64,000 nucleotides of DNA, from contig CM075992.1 of the NCBI GenBank assembly GCA_038087875.1, positions 1,800,001 through 1,864,000 of the forward strand, written 5' to 3'. Every line of letters starts with the position of its first letter. Within the stretch, counting starts at the first letter, position 1. This document shows, one piece after another, positions 61,601-64,000 of this stretch. Under the pieces are notes generated by a model, which saw only the letters and a program-made list of their open reading frames with translations, ran no database searches and was not told the origin of the DNA. The translations under genes were made by a program, and so were the position numbers. Source of the DNA: Malacoraja senta (Eukaryota).

Positions 61601-63995
61601 TGATAACTATGCTGTGTTACATAACTGCACTGGTCTATTGGTGAGCAGGTATTACCTTAATGGAACCCAATGGAAATGAAAATCATAGTTCCCGCACTGG
61701 GTGGCTGATCTCCCATCCAGTTTTATGCTTGGATGGCAAACTAAAAACTCCACCAAGTGCTTCCAAACTCAGATGCCTGTCCATGTGATAAAGTTGGTCA
61801 ATCCTTTTTAAAGTTTGTTAAAAGGACACATCTATTTTCTACCCTTATTTTCTAATCGTGAAAATAATTACGATTAGGATTTAGTCTGTAGAGGCATTGT
61901 ACCCATTCTAATTTCTATTTCTTTGAACAGTTTTCTCACAACACAGGTCTGCAATTTTTGTACAAACTTACCCAAATCTTCAACTTTCTATCAATATTTT
62001 TAGTCACTTTATTTAAATGCTAGAAAATATTTATTTTCAAACCTTGATATATTTGAGAAGGGACTCCAATGTCAGGTTGAGGAACTAAAATATCTTTGAC
62101 TCCATCTCTGATAGTTTGCTGTTCGCTGGGATAAACTGCTTCTAAAAATAAATATTTTGAAACTCACATCAGAACTTTTCTGCAGTTTATTCATTTTTTC
62201 TTTACTTTGCTTTCCAGCTTTATGCATTAAAGTCTTGCATTCATTTATTTGGTAATATTTCTCCTTAGAAAATCTCATTGACCAAGATCTCTCCTCAGAA
62301 ATGCATCTAACATTTTGCAACATTAAAGGTACTCAGAAAATATCAATTATTGTATTGTAGAATTATGCCTCATCTCATCAAACCACTTAATTATATTATA
62401 TTTTGAAGTATATTTGAACATAATTTTGATTCCCACTTAAGCAGTCATCCTTGATTTGGTGCAATGGTAACTCTAAAGTTCTTAAGGCACGAGTCTTAGT
62501 CAATTGCTGAGATGACATGTATATAAACTTAACGTTGCCTGATGCAAATCTTATGAAATGGTTGTTGACTTGTCTTTGATTCAATAATGATTACAGTTAA
62601 CAAGAAGAGTGTCAATCATGTCCCAAGTTAAGAATCTGCATAAATTAACAATTCAAGATGCATTTAAAAAAACATTGCGCACTCATAGTAGTAACTTTAC
62701 AAACCACTTTAATGGAGCGATGGAATTAAAAGCATCTCATAGAATATTAGTGATACTGAGCCACATGGTGGTCTAAGGATAAATGAACACAAATTTGAAC
62801 AAGGGTAGATTTTATAGATGTGTGTTGAAGGAAGAAAGAAGGTAGAGAAGCAGAAAACTTTAGGGAAGTAATTCCATAGTTTAAGATGTCGGCGGTGGCT
62901 AGTGGTGGAGTGATTACACCTGGGGTTGGTTTATTCTACAACTATAGGACTGCTACAAACTGATTGCAAATGTTCTCCTGTATTAAAAAATACTGTGCAA
63001 TCTGAGTGGATTCTTTTGACTACACAAAGATCTCTTGCAAGCAGAAGATGGCAGTTTACAACCATCATCTCAATAATGGCAGGCTAATAAATGCTCACAT
63101 GTCAGCAACACCTGAATTCCAAGAATGAAGGGGGGAAAAAATCAACTATTTCTGATAAGTTCCCTATACTAAAGACTTTCTGGATAAAAGAAACTCTCCT
63201 AAATTCTTTATTGGTTTTATAACTATCTTTATCATATGATCCAAGTTTTGGTTTCCTTTACAACTGAAAGCATAAGGGTGAAGAATAGATTTACCAGAAT
63301 GGTGCCACAGATATAGAACTTCAGTTACAAGGAAAACATACATGTCTGCAATTCTTCACAGATCTGTGATTGAAAGCTGTGAATCATTGAAAACTTAAAG
63401 AGTTTTATTGAGTAATCAGAAACTGTCATTTATTAAAATGAAGATTTATAGTAACTAGCTAAAGAAGCAGAGTGCTGTAATAATCTGGAATAGACTGTGT
63501 GAAAGGTTAGAGCAGTAGATTTCATCAATGCTTTCGAAAGGGACATGGAAAGATACTGTGAGGAAAGTACCATGGGTTAAAGTTAAGAAAAGTAGTGATT
63601 AAGCTCCAAGAGAACTAAATGAACGTCCTCTCTCTACTATATGACAATATATGATCTTATATTACTGACTGTTTTTGATCTCTCCTATAAGTTGAAATTA
63701 CTCCTTATCTACTCTATCAAAACCTATAATTATAGAGACCTCCATTATAACACCCTTCATCCTCTTTCAGGTTCTATTAGAAAATCAAATCATCTTTGTA
63801 ACTTAGAGATTGAGGATGTTATTTATCCATGCACATACAATCACAAAAGCCTCGTTACTGTACTGTCCATTACAGAATCTTGGATTTTTTCCACACCTTG
63901 ATATACATGCGGAGACAGTCTTGATGGAGGTACAGGTAAATAATATTCTTTACGTTTCTTATTTTGTTCTTCATCTAATATGCCTCCTTGATTAC
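49585..63995 (-). CDS. Putative unrecognised single-pass membrane protein gene (partial; tandem 33-aa exons followed by a TM exon)
   Basis: Chain of open, phase-compatible exons: 63995-63897, 62141-62043, 58859-58761, (57718-57653), 56652-56554, 54114-53965, 49666-49585. Confidence 0.6.
50712..51187 (-). mobile_element. CR1 3' fragment inserted into a Rex1/Babar-like LINE tail (50380-51218)
   Basis: RGDLIETYKI motif; the host tail resumes with ttggccaataaacttactt. Confidence 0.85.
51350..53129 (-). mobile_element. Old and younger CR1 fragments
   Basis: Degenerate CR1 RT-like sequence plus a young 3' end at 52831-53129. Confidence 0.7.
53965..54114 (-). CDS. Putative 150-nt exon (DLEDEKVKQANKHQD...DDQDDYWVVGQRRFRIIVL)
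   Basis: ccttgttttccag acceptor, GTAAGT donor, phase 1-1, hydrophilic coding-like composition. Confidence 0.65.
55421..55448 (-). ncRNA. Minimal hammerhead ribozyme core in a Penelope-derived repeat
   Basis: CUGAAGA-A-GGGUC UU GACCC-GAAAC-GUC on the minus strand. Confidence 0.55.
56554..56652 (-). CDS. Putative 99-nt exon (SYHLHLFPTLIHYYDCWRSIRHFLRKVHDRHC)
   Basis: gtttctttcag acceptor, G|GTAATT donor, phase 1-1. Confidence 0.55.
57653..57718 (-). CDS. Possible 66-nt exon (DKYNVKLYEESPCSDLAPPNLY)
   Basis: TAG acceptor with a weak pyrimidine tract, GTAAGT donor, phase 1-1. Confidence 0.35.
58761..58859 (-). CDS. Putative 99-nt repeat exon (DAKEDVVWNLDSDSRKKYIKTVPHYESFEEMSS)
   Basis: ttttatttcag acceptor, G|GTGTGG donor, phase 1-1. 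Confidence 0.6.
59837..59977. repeat. 41-bp tandem repeat (about 3.4 units) with an internal CCAAAGAT/ATCTTTGG inverted repeat
   Basis: Units start at 59837, 59878, 59919 and 59960. Confidence 0.9.
62043..62141 (-). CDS. Putative 99-nt repeat exon (EAVYPSEQQTIRDGVKDILVPQPDIGVPSQIYQ)
   Basis: tttatttttag acceptor, G|GTTTGA donor, phase 1-1. Confidence 0.55.
63897..63995 (-). CDS. Putative 99-nt repeat exon (NQGGILDEEQNKKRKEYYLPVPPSRLSPHVYQ)
   Basis: TAG acceptor at the window edge, G|GTGTGG donor, phase 1-1, aligns without gaps to the exons at 62141 and 58859. Confidence 0.55.
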
Positions 63996-64000
63996 CTAGA

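Noticed and set aside
62168..62306. Alternative exon (CISEERSWSMRFSKEK...) with a GTGAGT donor
   Set aside because: Phases 2 to 0 do not fit the phase-1 chain, and it would leave a 26-nt intron before the 99-nt exon at 62141.

Overview
AT-rich, repeat-dense vertebrate genomic DNA. The repeat set (HE1/V-SINE-like SINEs, CR1, Penelope, Rex1/Babar-like LINEs) points to a cartilaginous fish, probably a skate or ray (inference). The left 40 kb carries the 5' part of slc44a2 (choline transporter-like protein 2) on the minus strand. I traced 13 coding exons by hand with consistent phases, from a CpG-island first exon (ATG at 39563) to exon 13 (1363-1455), which ends in a U12-type donor; the gene continues off the left edge. 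The right part (49.6-64 kb) appears to hold an unrecognised minus-strand single-pass membrane protein gene, built partly from 99-nt phase-1 exons of which three are mutually homologous. The most striking signal is a ~140-bp Ingi/Vingi-like non-autonomous retroelement present twice. Its first 54 nt fold into a minimal HDV/CPEB3-type self-cleaving ribozyme, and one copy lies in sense orientation inside an slc44a2 intron. Also present: Penelope-derived repeats with minimal hammerhead cores, a Tc1 IR/DR element, a DNA transposon with a 7-bp TSD, a hAT nest, Harbinger MITEs, an L1 inserted in a SINE, and an unclassified CCAAAGAT-motif element. All structures and family calls are by-eye and need computational confirmation.
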